Part shown: one piece after another, positions 48,576 to 61,672 of the stretch
How positions within the stretch are numbered: position 1 is the stretch's first letter
How the letters are laid out: each line of letters starts with the position of its first letter
Source of the DNA: Gekko japonicus
Lineage: Eukaryota
Direction of reading: 5' to 3'
NCBI RefSeq assembly: GCF_001447785.1
Contig: NW_015173141.1
Span: 1 to 64,000 of the forward strand
Length of the DNA: 64,000 nt
Notes under the pieces: model-generated
What the model was told of the DNA's origin: nothing
The model's input: the letters and a program-made list of their open reading frames with translations, nothing else
The model's database searches: none
Program-made: the position numbers and the translations under genes

Positions 48576-50048
48576 AAATACATTTGTTCTGTTTCTTTGA
48601 TTTGTCAGATTAATGACAAAACACACAAACACAACAGGATTTATAAAGCAGTGGCTTGGATTTTTTTTAAATGATGTATGGGAGCAAGCCTAAGCAGGTC
48701 TGTTCAGAAGTAAGCTTCATGTTATTTAGTGGGTCTTACTTCTGAGAAAGGGCCCTGAGGATTGTAGCTTATGTACTAAAGGATTTTGCATAGGCCATGT
48801 ATTGGGTTATGCTAAAACATCCAAGGACTCGAGGAGACAATTTTCTCTGATTCCCCTTTTCCACAGCAGTCATCTGACTCTCCCCCTCCCCTAAGCTATT
48901 CCTGAAGGTCACCCATCTCAGGAACATCATTTCAGGGGACACTAAGCTACAGGAGTGGGATGAATACAGGCAAGGTGCATTGCCATGGATTGAAAGCCTT
49001 CTGCATGGGGAAATTCTAGGTAAAATCCAAGTCATGATTTCAACTGCATGGACATCTTACATTGTTTTCCTTTTTGACATTAACCATCGCTATATGTGCT
49101 ACTTTCTATCATTTACGATTTCTGCACATAAAAGGAAATGGCTTGAAATGCATTTCTTGCATGTGTCTCTGTATAATGACATCTCTGAAAATCACAGGCT
49201 CAGAAAATTTTGCTCTTTGACAAAGTATGATGACAAACAAATCAATGGTTTCATTTCACTGTTGGCATGCCTGACAGAATCCATGTTATTTCAGATGTCA
49301 TGTTCTTTTTAAGCTGGCTATATTGATCAAGCCTGTCCAGGGCTTTTAGTGCCCCCCCCCCCCGACCCTAGGATTTCTGAAGTATATAAAAATGTTCAAA
49401 GTTCACCAAAGTTGAACATATCACTCATTTCTGTCTGTCTGTAGATATGATTGCTACTAACAGCTGCATAGTCATCCGAATTTATTCTTCACGTTGGCCA
49501 ACCTCTGTCAAATGTATTTTAGAGTCCATACCAGTGACAGTGATCAGTGCACAGGGGCAGTCAAATATTCTTGGCACAATGTTTGTTAGTAATGTTTTGG
49601 TCATTCTCCCAACTGAGCTCCAGCCATCTGGATCACAGATCTGAAATGAACAAGAGAGAACAGGTAAACATCCCAGTGTCAACAGCTGGCCCAATAGTGA
49701 ACCCATTGATCAGTGTACTACTTTGTGGCTTGGTGGATTGAGAGACTTCATGTCAGGGCTACACATTCCTGGCTGACTAAGAAAACAAAAGCTTTGGTGT
49801 AATGTAGCCAAACTGGGATGTCTGGGAACAACATACCAATCCTGCAAATTTCAGGCAATTCAGCCTGTCTCTGAAGTTTTTGTTGTACAAAAATGATCTC
49901 CATAGCACAATGAATGTTACTTTCCAAACCTCAAACATGAGTAGCCTGTATAGGCAGCACTGGAGAAAAACAAAGTTCAACACTTACACATGAAAGGCAC
50001 ATATAAGTCTCCTATAGCAGGTAATTACCGGAATATTGTGATGTGCAC

Positions 50049-50151
50049 ATAGAATCATAGAATCATAGAATGTTAGAGTTGGAAGGGACCTTGCAGGTCA
50101 TCTAGTCCAACCCCCTGCACTCTGCAGGAGTATACTGAAAGATAGCCCTAC
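50049..50151 (-). mobile_element. Short CR1 3' end
   Basis: catagaatcatagaatcatagaatgttagagttggaagggacc. Confidence 0.85.
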
Positions 50152-51334
50152 ATACCTACATGTCTAGCCAGAGATCAGTGAGGAAGAGGAAAGGGAGGGG
50201 GAAAATCTTCAGTTAAATCTACATGATATCCTCCCATACACAAAGCTTTATTCTTCACATTGGCCAACCTCTCTCAAATGTATTTTAGTGTGTCCATACG
50301 AGTGAAAGTGATCGGTGCACAGGGGCAATCAAATTGTGCTCTATGTTATTTAATAATGTTACAAACTTTATTTGGGAATTTGCCTTCATCTTTAGGATCT
50401 TGACCCCTCCCCTTGTGCATCTTTATTCATCTTGTTTAAGATATATTTGCTTTTATACTTTAATATTCATTACTAATTGATAAGTAATTGTAAGGAATAA
50501 TTAAGTGCCAAAATATAAGTTAACAAGTTAGTTTTTGCCCAGTTCTACAAACCAGAGAGGATATTGTTAATGGTACCCATTATTTGTGTTTCTGCTGTGA
50601 AATATCTTTCACCTACTGCCCTACTGAAGGGACAAAAGGTAAGTTGCCTGGGTTTTTTAAATAAAATAAAGGGGGGGAAACTTACTCAAAAATCAGTTGC
50701 TTAATTTTCAAGGATTTTAAAAAATCATGTTGAGCAACTAGAGCAATGGTGACATCAAGTGGTTGTTAAGGTTATTTCAAAACTTCTGTTTTTCAATTTG
50801 AACACATTTTTATCTCCCACATTGATAACTCCTAAGAAAACTTTCATTTGCATATCATGTAATATAGTAAGACAATAAAACCCCATTTGGATCCCCTAAG
50901 GTTTGTCCAGTATTCTTAAAACCACGCCTTTATTAGCTGAAGAAAGTGGTATATCAAATTAAAGTGTGAAAGGTGAGAGAACCATTGCTGAAAGAAGACA
51001 GAGGATGTCTCTACCTTCTTCAGCTCCCATGTGCAGGTTTTCTATTGGACATCTCCACCCTCTCCACCCTCTCCTTCTATCAGAAGGACCTGCAAAATCT
51101 AGCTCCAGTGAGCACAGGGTTATAGCTAATTGCAAGGGTTATAGCTAATTATTTAATTGTTTTAACAAGTAGAACAGTGCCAATCAGCTCTGTCCTACAT
51201 ACTAATTTTTTATGCCTGCACTGAAGGCTCAAGCTATGTAATAATTTTATTAACCTTATAGAACTATTACAAATATTCATTTCACCAGTCAAAGGATGCT
51301 GTTCATTTCTCAGGAAACCTGGTCACCTATTACA

Positions 51335-52925
51335 CTTACCATGTTCGACAGACATGATCAGACGGTGAGCCGATCAGGGATATGTTCATACTGCATCAAG
51401 CACTTTCATAGGCCAACAATGGTTTAAACCTGCGAAAGAACATAATACGTACCTTACCTGGAGATTGGCCGGCATTACTAGAATAATTAATTCAAAAAGC
51501 ATAAGATTCTCACAAAAACTGAAATAGAAAGAAAACACATTATTAAAATTCATTGAATACTTACAATTAAGGCATTGACTAGAATCCACCGGATTTAAGC
51601 AATCAGTCTCACTTCCCATTACGGACTTTGAATGCATACTATTTAAAGGCTATAAGAAAAGAGGTTTAATCTCCAAGATTTATCCAACTATTGCTTGAAT
51701 GATCCAATATGAAAATAATGTGTTATCAATCACCCAAAGAGTGATTAACACATGGAATTCACTGCCACAGGAAGTGGTGGCGGCTACAAGCATGGACGGC
51801 TTCAAAAGGGAATTAGATAAGCATATGGAGCAGAGGTCCATCAGTGGCTATTAGCCACAAGGTATAGATAGGGGCTCTAGGGCAAGTGATGCTCTGTCTT
51901 CTTGGTGCTTGGGGGGGGGGGTCAACAGTGGGAGGGTTTCTAATGTCCTGGCCCCACTGGTGGACCTCCTGATGGCACCAGGTATTTCTGGCCACTGTGT
52001 GACACAGAGTGTTGAACTGGATGGGCCTTTGGCCTGATCCAACATTGGCGTCTCTTATGTTCTTAGTGTGGCATTCAGATCTCCAACAAATAATTAGTGA
52101 AGAACAATGGGAAAATATATGGAGAACTCAAAATAATATCTTAAAATCCCTAGAAATTCAAGAAGCATCTAATAAAGTGCTGTTGAAGCGGTATTTGACA
52201 CCGGCAAAAATCTCGCATATAGTCCCACAAGTTTCACCGTTATGTTGGAAAAGCTGTTGGGGAACGGGCTGATTATTGGCATACTTGGCGGGCCTGTAAA
52301 CATATTTTAAACTTTTGGAAATCAGTTATAAAACACATTCAAACACTTACCAGCTATGAAGTTCCTCTTGACCCGAAAATTTTATTTTTAAATCTTTGGC
52401 CTAATGAAAGTCCACCTATCATAAGAAAAAAGCTGATTGATGTATTATTAACGGCTGCAAAAGTTACAATAGCCAAAAATTGGAAAGAGAGTCACCCTCC
52501 TAACATTACTCAATGGCTTCATAAGCTATGGGACTTTTTCCTATTAGAAACAATTTCCATATATAACACCAATGACCAAAACGATTGTGAGATCTATAAC
52601 CCTTTGGGGAAATGGTACCCTATACTAGAAAAGATAACCTTTGATAAATTTGACTGGGAAACCATTACCGAAGCCAAATATAAAATAATGTTATATGGTT
52701 GAAATGGTTCTTGCTAAAGTTCTACCCAGTTTCATTGTATTAGTACTAATGTGTTACGTTCCTTGTTAACAGAATTTAATCCATTTAACCGAATATTACT
52801 ATATGTATTCCTAGGGGGGAAATGTTAATACATAAGAACTGTTATATACCGAATAATAGGTGAAGAATCCGCTGTATGATTAAGTTCTATTTACTTTTGT
52901 TATGTTTTTGAAAATTAATAAAATA
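51335..52925 (+). mobile_element. L1-clade ORF2 3' fragment, interrupted by CR1
   Basis: ISEEQWENIW...YLTPAKISHI..SPLCWKSC, AAKVTIAKNWK, AT-rich 3' UTR ending aataaa. Confidence 0.8.
51728..52065 (+). mobile_element. CR1 3' fragment nested in L1
   Basis: Homologous to 32330-32665, ends ctcttatgttctta. Confidence 0.85.
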
Positions 52926-54704
52926 TCTTGGGGGGGAAACATGTAAAATTAATGGAATTAATGATTTCTTAAATCTAAAATCATGCTGGCTAGAACTAAT
53001 AATGCAAACAACTCAAGTGAATTCTTCTTATTCCTTGTTCACCCAATGAAACAAAGCGACGATCTCTCTGGCCTACCTCGCGGAGCTGGCATAGGCTAAA
53101 ATTTCCAAAAACTGCTGTAAACCCTTTAAATCGTTATTATTTAGAAGTTTAGAAAACTATGGAAAGCTTTCTCAACCAAGCCATCAACAGTAGCATAGAT
53201 TACTCAAAATAGAGTGGTGCTTTTGTGCAACCATTACACTTCCTTTTTCAGCATGTGGGTCTCCCTTGTTCCTATCTCCCCGCACCTTGTGCTCTAGCCC
53301 CCGACTGATATCTATGCCCTAACAACCCAATGCAGCTGGTAACAGATCCTGATATAGGCACAGACTCTTCTTTGGATCATGCTTCTGTTGAGCTAATTCA
53401 AGATTGACTCAACAGTCTGATGTTACGCTTTTAAATGATTCTGCTTCAATTTTTAAATATATAATGATCCTACCCGTTTAGATAGCAAGAGTAACTAAAC
53501 AGGTCAACAGATAAAATACGTGGAATTATTGTTACTGCTGTTTCTACTGCAGAGGGCCGATGGTTGATTAATTCCATCTTTTATTGGGTGCCTACGTCTC
53601 AGGAGGTGAGCTGGGAAAAGCTGTATGTATACATTATACTTCAAGGTATTTGCTTTAAAGGGGCAGTGCCTTAAGTGGGTAAATATATTTATGAAAAGTA
53701 TCAGAGTTCCAGGTGTAGCATAGTGAAATCAGCTCTCATTTATTAATTACATCAGAAGAAACAAAGATAACTTAGCCAGCGAGAGCCCGATTTATTTCAG
53801 TGCACACACACCCGACATACCCCCACTTCCCGTGATAGGTTCTATGTACAGAGCCCCTGTAATTATAGGTTCTCTTCAGGATCCTAGCGCTCCCTTTGGT
53901 TCTTGCTAGGATCCGTTGGGGCTATTGTTCTAGACCCGAAGGTCCGTGAGTCCTGTAGACCGCATGGCCTGGCACACGTTGTCGTGGCCGTCTTAATACA
54001 TGAGAATTTATATATGTATAACAAGGGTCTCTATGGAGAAGTTTGTCTATGCAATTTTCTTTAAATCTTGTTGTAGGCTTGGTTATTGTTTCAGTGTCAA
54101 GCTTTGCTACATTAAGCCAATTGTCCCCATTTGCACCACACTAATTTTGTTTGTGTGTATGGGTGAAGGGGAATTTTAATAGTTCAAGCAACATTCCTCT
54201 TTCAAGCTCCTTTTTTCCCCCTATTGAAAATACAAGCAGGTACTGTAGTGATAATCATGCAGCACACAGGGTTAAAACTGTGCAGTCGTGTAATTTCTGT
54301 GTGATGGGAAGAAGGTGGCAATTGCATTCCCTTTTGCCTTGTCTAGCATGTAGCTTTCTGGACCTGGAAGTTACAGAACAGGAACAATGGAGCCGTGTCT
54401 TCGGAAAGGCAAATTAGTTCAGAAAAGGAATGAAAGTCATGCCAAACAACGCTGAGCATTTGAGTTTCCTACACAAAAAACTCAGAAGGAAGGTTATGGT
54501 ACAACCTGTGCCTTGTTGGCATACGCTGGCTATATAGAAGATTTAAGTAGCTGTAGCACATGTGGGGGTGGGGTCACGACAAAACTTTCTTCTCCACTGT
54601 GTTTAAAAAACAACAAACATTGGTACAAGAAATTCATTAGGTTTATCCTCTGGTTACAGTAACATCTGAACTGAACTGAACTGCTGTCAGTTCTAGCCCG
54701 TGCT

Positions 54705-54830
54705 GGTGTGAGCTACCAGCCTTGTCCCCAGCTCGTCGTCCACCCAGCGGTTCGAAAGCTTCACCGAGTAGATAAAATGGGTACCACTCCTTAGAGAGGG
54801 TGGGCACACTAACCCCCCCCCAGTGGAGGG
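54705..54830 (+). mobile_element. Sauria SINE-like central domain
   Basis: gtgagct..ccagct...cagcggttcgaaagc..gagtagataaaatgggtaccac. Confidence 0.6.
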
Positions 54831-55159
54831 AGGTGTTAGCCGACGAAATGGAATGTCCGACGAAATGGAATGTCCAGCTCGGAAGCTCGGAAGCCACCCT
54901 TCTGAAGTGTATGGCTTTTATTTTCCTTAAGATTTCCCTGTCTCTAAAAATGTGTATGTGTGTGTGTGTGGTGTAATATAATCTACCAGACCCTGCACAC
55001 TTGCAAAAAACTAATTTCACCCAAACTGAATCACCTTTCTTTAATACATGCAAATAGGGAAGACTTTCACAGGCACAGAAGCTGGTGTGTGTGTGGGAGG
55101 GGGGAGTCTTGTGGAGTGTGAGGCTCCTGATAATAAACTCCATCCTGTCACACCCACTT

Positions 55160-55740
55160 AACAGCTGCAGGCTGTGATAGCTGAAGATGCTTTGGAGGGG
55201 GGACTGTTTGTGTGTACTGCTTTGGAGGGCAAACCTGGAGATGGTTGCAGGCAAGCAGGGGCAGGGAGGGGCTGGGGGGCAGAGGAGAAAGTGCACATGT
55301 TTCTCTGCCTATCAGCGACATGACAGGTCAGTGATATTTTCCATGGCTGGGAAAAGCAAGAGCGTACATTGGTCGGCTTTGAACTGACAGTCTGCAATTG
55401 GCTAAATGAATGTGTGGCCCTCCCTCCTCCCCCTCCTGGCAGGCTGTACACAGCCTCTGTCTCTCTGCCTGCTAGGGATTCAAACAGGCTCTGACCTGTT
55501 GCTTACATGCCTCTCTCTCTCTCTGTCTCTCTCTGTGCGTGGTTCAACTTTCCTTTGTGGAACCAGAGACTGGAATTCCTTTCTGCTAAGGGGCTGCTGT
55601 TTCTCCCCTTGACTCTATTTGTAGCATAGAAAGCCTCTGGAAAAGTTTCCCCTCTGCCTCTCTGCCAGGGGGGGGAACGGGGGGCTGGCGTGTGTGTGTG
55701 TGTGCGTTTGTGTGTGTGTGCATCCCACCCTCTCGGCTCT
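55160..55740. promoter_or_regulatory. Possible non-CpG promoter or enhancer
   Basis: Repeat-free GC-rich block with ATTGG boxes, TGACAG motifs and CT/GT tracts. Confidence 0.3.
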
Positions 55741-56422
55741 GCCGGCTTATCAGCTCCTGGCAGAACAGCACAAAAAATGCAGACAACGTTTTTTAAAAGT
55801 GCAGTTTTCCCCCCTTTTGCCTGCCAGTCCCCAGCTGCCTGGCTTTGGGGCTTTCAGAAGGAGGGGAGGTGGTGGTGGAGGTCCCCTGGCTCTTTCTTGG
55901 TGGGGCTGGGGCTCCACAGGGAGTCCTGGAGAGGAGGGGCCAGTCTGCACTAAAACTGCACTAATGTTTGGCTCTGGGGCTTACAGAGAGTGGTTGGCCA
56001 TGTCTGTAAAGAGTAGAACTTTTTTCCTTTTGGCTCTCTGTGAGGAGGGGGCTCTCAGTACCCATCCAAGAGACACTGGAGGGGCAGTCTGCACTACCCA
56101 ACGTTAGCACAAGCATTGTACAGTTGTCACACATTCACAGCAAAAAGCCAGCCGATTAAAAGCATTCCCCAGTCACAAAACACGATCACAAAAGTCCCCT
56201 TTGCACCCGAAAATATTCAAAACATCCAGGGACTCCATTTTCTCAGCCCCCAACCCACAGCCGGGTGCTACACCCTCGGGGGAAAGCCGACACATGGCCT
56301 CCATGCTTCCCAGGGCTGCCAGCCACCGCCCTCTTGCCCTCCCCTTTGAGCAGGGCCCTCAGGGAGGTGGGACTTCTGGTGGAGGGGGGAGCACTCATCA
56401 AATCTTGTCATGGCAGAAGGGG

Positions 56423-56713
56423 GGTATTAGATCCTCCTGACTTATACCCCACCCTTCACTACCTGAAGGAGTCTCAGAGCAGCTTACAGTCTCTTTTCCC
56501 TTCCCCTCCCCACTACAGATACCCTGAGAGGTAGGTGGGGCTGAGAGAGCTCTCTCGTGGACTGCTCTTGAGAGAACAGCTCGGAAAGAACCTGTAACTC
56601 TGAAAGAACTTGTGACCCAAGGTCACACCAGCAGCTGCATGTGGAGGAGTGGGGAATCGAACCTAGTTCTCCCAGATTAGAGTCCACAGTCCTAACCACT
56701 ACACCAAACTGGC
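56423..56713 (-). mobile_element. tRNA-derived SINE
   Basis: Same family as 1691-1980. Confidence 0.85.
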
Positions 56714-57457
56714 CCTGATCTAGTCAAGCCTGATCCAGTCAAGCCATCAATGAAGGTGTAAAAACATTGCTAGTTCCCATACAAGCATGAGCATCTGTGT
56801 GGCTGCTTCATTCTTCACAATACCTGCCTTCACATGGGTAGATCCAGATAAGAAACAGAAGTATTACTATTAGCTCATTGAATTTGTAACATCTTATGCA
56901 AAACTGCTCCAAGGATTGGGGGGGGGGGCTGAGGGGAAGGCACTTTTAGGACTGAATGCCACCAACTGATACTGTGTGTAGCCAGATTCTGCTGCCGGAT
57001 TTTTTTCAGAACCTGACGGGAGAGGAAGACGTAGACATGAATTAAACATGGTGAGGCTGCTTCCCAACCAGCCCCATTGCTCTATAATGGTTACATTTAT
57101 CTTCCCACATATACGCCTATCATCCTGAGCTATGTGTACTGTTTTCCTCCACCTCCATTCTTCTGTTATTCTAAATTATTGCTGACTTGTCATAATTTAT
57201 ATTTTCACTACCACGCTTACAGGCAGCAGTCAATTTCACAGAACTGAAGAAGCATGTCACTTTTCAAATTTAAAAAATGGCTCACATTTTCTACTACCAA
57301 AGCTGCTGTCTGCCAAAAAAAACCCCACCAGAACTTTTTAAGTTTCCAAGCTCAGTGTGTCATTCCCATGTATACATTATGGTGATGCCATTTACATTGC
57401 AGCCCTTTTGCCCCCATAGATGGAAGAAAGAGTCATACAACAGTAGTTGGGAAACTA

Positions 57458-58238
57458 AAGGCCACTTTATTTATTTACAAAACAATGGCAAGGGCTAACA
57501 GTATGAAGCGGCATGGTCAAGGCCTGGGCTCACTCAAACTCAAACCCCACCCTTGCCATAAGATGGGCAATGCACCTGGCCCCCAGGACGTAGCCCGCTG
57601 TAAGCGGCTCACACCCGGGCAGCCCAGCCTCGGAACATGCCATGACGATCCCTCAAACACAGCCGCAAAGCCTGTGTAGAGTATCCATCAAAGGCACTTC
57701 AAAAGGCAGTCTGCCCATCTCATCCCTGGCCGCAAGGCCTCAGTGATGATCCTGACAGACCCCTCCACCCTACAAGGCTGCTGAGAGGTGCTTACCGAGC
57801 CACAACAAAGTTTTTCTAACAAAACTCAGCCACCGCAAGGGTCAAGCCTCTGCTTAGACCCCTGAGCCCACTACACCCCTAATACTGCCAAAAGCCCTTG
57901 CCACAAATCCTGCAGAAAAATGTCGCTCCCTTTTTCTGTACAGGTCTGCGCCATCAACCCAAATTTTTTGGGGTGCAGCACATAGTGGCCCAACCCTCAA
58001 GATGTGCCTAAGCCCCTTCGATCCCCTTGGGATCAAAAACGCCCCCACCTTTCCCTGTGCGGGATCATGGCTGACCAAACAGTTGTTGTATTTGGCCACT
58101 GGTGCAGAATAAATACTAGGGCCTTTCCTTTCAAGAAACCCAAGTCATTGCCACCCAGGGGGATGAGAAGCACATCGGGAGGAGAGCCAGTGCTCTTTCC
58201 AAACAGAAGGTGGAGCAGGCCCACCCAGCGTAGGCTCC
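57458..58238 (-). mobile_element. DIRS/Ngaro-type retrotransposon 3' fragment with SGNH-hydrolase remnant
   Basis: PPDVLLIPLGGNDLG, WPNTTTVWSAMIP, DLYR...HFS, terminus aataaagtggcc. Confidence 0.6.
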
Positions 58239-58239
58239 T

Positions 58240-58521
58240 GCCAGTTTGGTGTAGTGGTTAAGTGCGCGGACTCTAATCTGGGAGAACCGGGTTTGATTCC
58301 CCACTCCTCCACTTGCACCTGCTGATGTGACCTTGGGTCAGTCACAAGCTCTGGCACAGCTGTCCTTGAAAAAGAGCAGTTTGTGTCAGAGTTCTTTCAG
58401 CCCCACCCACCTCACAGGGTGTCTGTTGTGGGGAGGGGAAGGGAAAGGAGTTTGTAAGCCGCTCTGAGACTCCAAGTGAAGGGCGGGGTATAAATCCAAT
58501 CTCTTCTCTTCTTCTTCTTCT
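58240..58521 (+). mobile_element. tRNA-derived SINE
   Basis: Near-identical to 20511-20790. Confidence 0.88.
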
Positions 58522-58536
58522 CCATTCAACCGCAGC

Positions 58537-58600
58537 NNNNNNNNNNNNNNNNNNNNNNNNNNNNNNNNNNNNNNNNNNNNNNNNNNNNNNNNNNNNNNNN
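58537..58600. other. Assembly gap (64 N)
   Basis: N run. Confidence 0.99.
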
Positions 58601-58945
58601 TTTCTGTGGATCTTTTGGCAACCCTACACACTGAAAGATAAGAAATGAGGCCTAAAATTGTCACTGGCCCAGGTCTATATCAAAATAGAGCCTCTCTGGT
58701 CCAGTTACCAATCCACTGGATTGTCAAACTGTGGAAACAACACCAATATAAAAGCTGGTTCATTTACTCAGTGCCCTGGAGCTCTTTGAAGAACAGGCAT
58801 CCATTGTTTTAAAACTCAAGTGCATTTCGAAATACTTCTTGGTATTTAATTTTCTCTAGTTCTTTAATAACCATGGGAAATCATCATAGCAAAAGTTGAG
58901 ATTGCCAATCCAGAATGTGGTGTCACTTTAAAAACCTGCATAATC

Positions 58946-58983
<38 letters not shown>

Positions 58984-59149
58984 AAGCCACCTAATCCTGA
59001 AGAGTGCACAGCTATCCCTTCTTATTGTAACTGGGTTCCTATCTTAAACTAAGCTTCAGTAGAACCTGACAGTAGTTTGTTTGCATTGATTTCGATTTTT
59101 AATTTTCAACATCCTCTGAATAAATTGTCTGACTAAAATGGTTATAAAT

Positions 59150-59154
59150 CTAAT

Positions 59155-59191
<37 letters not shown>

Positions 59192-59816
59192 TCCTTCAAT
59201 TTATATACCGCTCGAACCCCGAAGGGTCTCTGAGTGGTTTACACACAATTTTGGTTCCTAACTAGGGCCACAATTATAGAGGGGGGTGACTTCCTACCAG
59301 CACCCGGCAGCAGGGCTTGTTGTCTGGCTCCTTCTGGCGGCCTTGGATGTCGGCGTTCCACTTCCAATGTCCTGGGGCAGATCTCTTCCGGTCCAGTGGC
59401 TTCCTCCGGCTGGCTCATCCGGTGCATGGTCCCGTGACCGATGCAACTCCGACCATCGTCCCTTCGGCTCCGTCATGCTGTGCCGACACGCCACCGCACC
59501 TCCGTGACTCCACCTCTGCCAGATTCTGCCACTCAACACTGCGCTCATAGGGCACTCCTCAGCTACTCCATCGCTCTGCTCCATTGCCGCCACCGATGCC
59601 TCAGCTGCACACCCCACCGGAGAAGGGTGCCCCCTGCCACCTAGGGCAGGTACCCATTTATCTACTTGCTGGATGTTAATGCTTTAGAACTGCTGGGTGG
59701 GCGGGAGCTGGGACTAGGGCCGGGAGCTCACCTCGGCCATGGTGGGTCTCGAACAGCCATAGTGGCTGTTCGTTGATGTTATAGCAGGCGTTCTTACTGC
59801 CTGCACCACCGCTCCC
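59150..59816 (-). mobile_element. ~660-bp SINE-like element: Sauria-type 5' half, GC-rich body, L2-like 3' tail with (TAAA)n
   Basis: Head gggagcggtggtgcag..gttcgagacc, gtagataaatgggtacc, tail tgtaaaccactcagag...gcggtatataaat. Confidence 0.6.
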
Positions 59817-60720
59817 TAATTTTAATTTTAATATTTGTACAGTGTTTGTAGTGCTTTTTGCTTTGGAAATTAACTATATGCACTGCCTCTGTCTTACAAA
59901 CAGGTGTATGCACCTACATGCAGGCTGTATGTCCATTCATGAACAGGACTTCAGTGGAACCTGTTCACAAATATACCTGAGTAAGGCTGTGCTGCCTGTC
60001 ATGGAAGAAGTTTTGTTCCTGGCCCAGTGAGTGGACAGAACCGCTGTCAGGTTTTCTGGCCTCCAAAACCTTGCCAACCCTCCGATGTGTGATGGGTCTT
60101 GCTTAACCCTCACCCCCACCAGAACCTACTTGGAAGACACCTGCATCAATTCCTGGTGCTATGGCTGCACCACTGCATCCCAGCCAGCACCATCCATAGC
60201 CTATAATGACCAACGCCACTCTTCCAGGCCCTGGCAACTCACTGTACCTCCCTTCAAAGACAAATGCTCTATTCAACCGGTGTATTACGCTCATTAGGAC
60301 CAAACCAATGACATGCAAAGGCGTGCCGACAGTCAAATTCCCAGATCACTGCATCAGGCTGGAAGTCACACCCTATCCCTGCTAAAACAGAAACAGAAGG
60401 TACTAATGACATATTGCAATAGATATATTCAAATCCTAACACATGAAAAGGACTAAGCCAATTTGCCAACTCAGAGTGCATTCACCTTGGCAAATTCACA
60501 TGTTGCTGACAAGGATTACTTCACAGGAGGAAACCATTAGAAGTTCAGTTGTCGTCCATTCAGATTACACTTGATTTTAAGCCACACACTAAGTGCTCTA
60601 CCAAGCTACCCAATTTCAATGAGCTGATCCCATTGGCTGCACTCCCACACCTCAAATTATGTTTCTGTTTGCAGTTTACAGTTAGATACCATTAAAGGCT
60701 CCTATAGCATTCCGCAAAAA

Positions 60721-60950
60721 AGAAGAGACCAGATTTATACTCCACTCTTCACCCAGAGTGGCTTACAATCACCTTTCCTTCCTCTCCCCACAGACATCCC
60801 ATGAGGTAGGTGGGGCTGAGAGAGCTCAGAGAGAATGGCTCCAAGAGAACTCTGACTGACCTAAAGCCACCCAACTGGCTTCACGTGGCAGAATGAGGAA
60901 TCAAACCTGGCTCTCCAGAGTAGAGTCCACTACTCTTAACCACTACACCA
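60721..60950 (-). mobile_element. tRNA-derived SINE
   Basis: Same family, diverged. Confidence 0.8.
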
Positions 60951-61404
60951 GAAATAATTTCTTTGCATTAGGGCCAAATATTGCAATTTAAGATCGGCAA
61001 GTTATGTTGTCTGTTTCTGAATAAAACCCTGTAAAAATATCAATTAGAATAGAAATCCCTTTCTCCAGCCCCAACTATAAATAAGCCCTGCTGCAAGTTT
61101 TATTCATATGAGGAATAGCACCGTACACTTTCAAGCTTGCTAAAATGAGTATCACCTACTCAGACTGGGAAATGCTTTCCAGGTCCTAGGCATAGGTCTT
61201 TCATATCACCTACTGCCAAATCCATAACTAAATATGCTGGGGATTTAACCTGGGACCTTCTGCACGCCAAGCAGATGGTCTCTCACTGAGACAGATCCCC
61301 TCCCAAAACGTTAGTACAGAGGTTAGATCTCTCATAAATCCTAGCATAAAAACCCATGCCAGCACAATGGATGGAGGAAGGAAGGAAGAGAGAGAGAAAG
61401 TGGC

Positions 61405-61672
61405 CCACAAACTCCCTCCTCTCCCATCCCCACAGCAGACACCCCGCGAGGCAGGCGGGGCTGAGAGAGCTCTTTCCAGAACTGTCCTTGAGAGAACAGC
61501 TCTGACAGAACTGTGGCTCACCCAAGGTCATACAGCAGCTGCATATGGAGGCATGGGGAACCAAGCACAGCTCTCCCAGACCAGAGACCGCAGCAGTTGC
61601 AAGTGGAGGAGTGCGGAATCAGGCATGGTTTTTCCCGATTAAAGACCACATGCTGAACAACTACACCACACT
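61405..61672 (-). mobile_element. tRNA-derived SINE, diverged
   Basis: ggggctgagagagctc..ccaaggtca..caactacacca. Confidence 0.7.

Noticed and set aside
51340-51429. Minus-strand exon with good AG/GTAAGT signals
   Set aside because: Stops in all three frames, and the plus strand reads as L1 ORF2 remnant
54643-55296. 217-aa minus-strand ORF
   Set aside because: Runs through dinucleotide tracts and a SINE fragment; no domain
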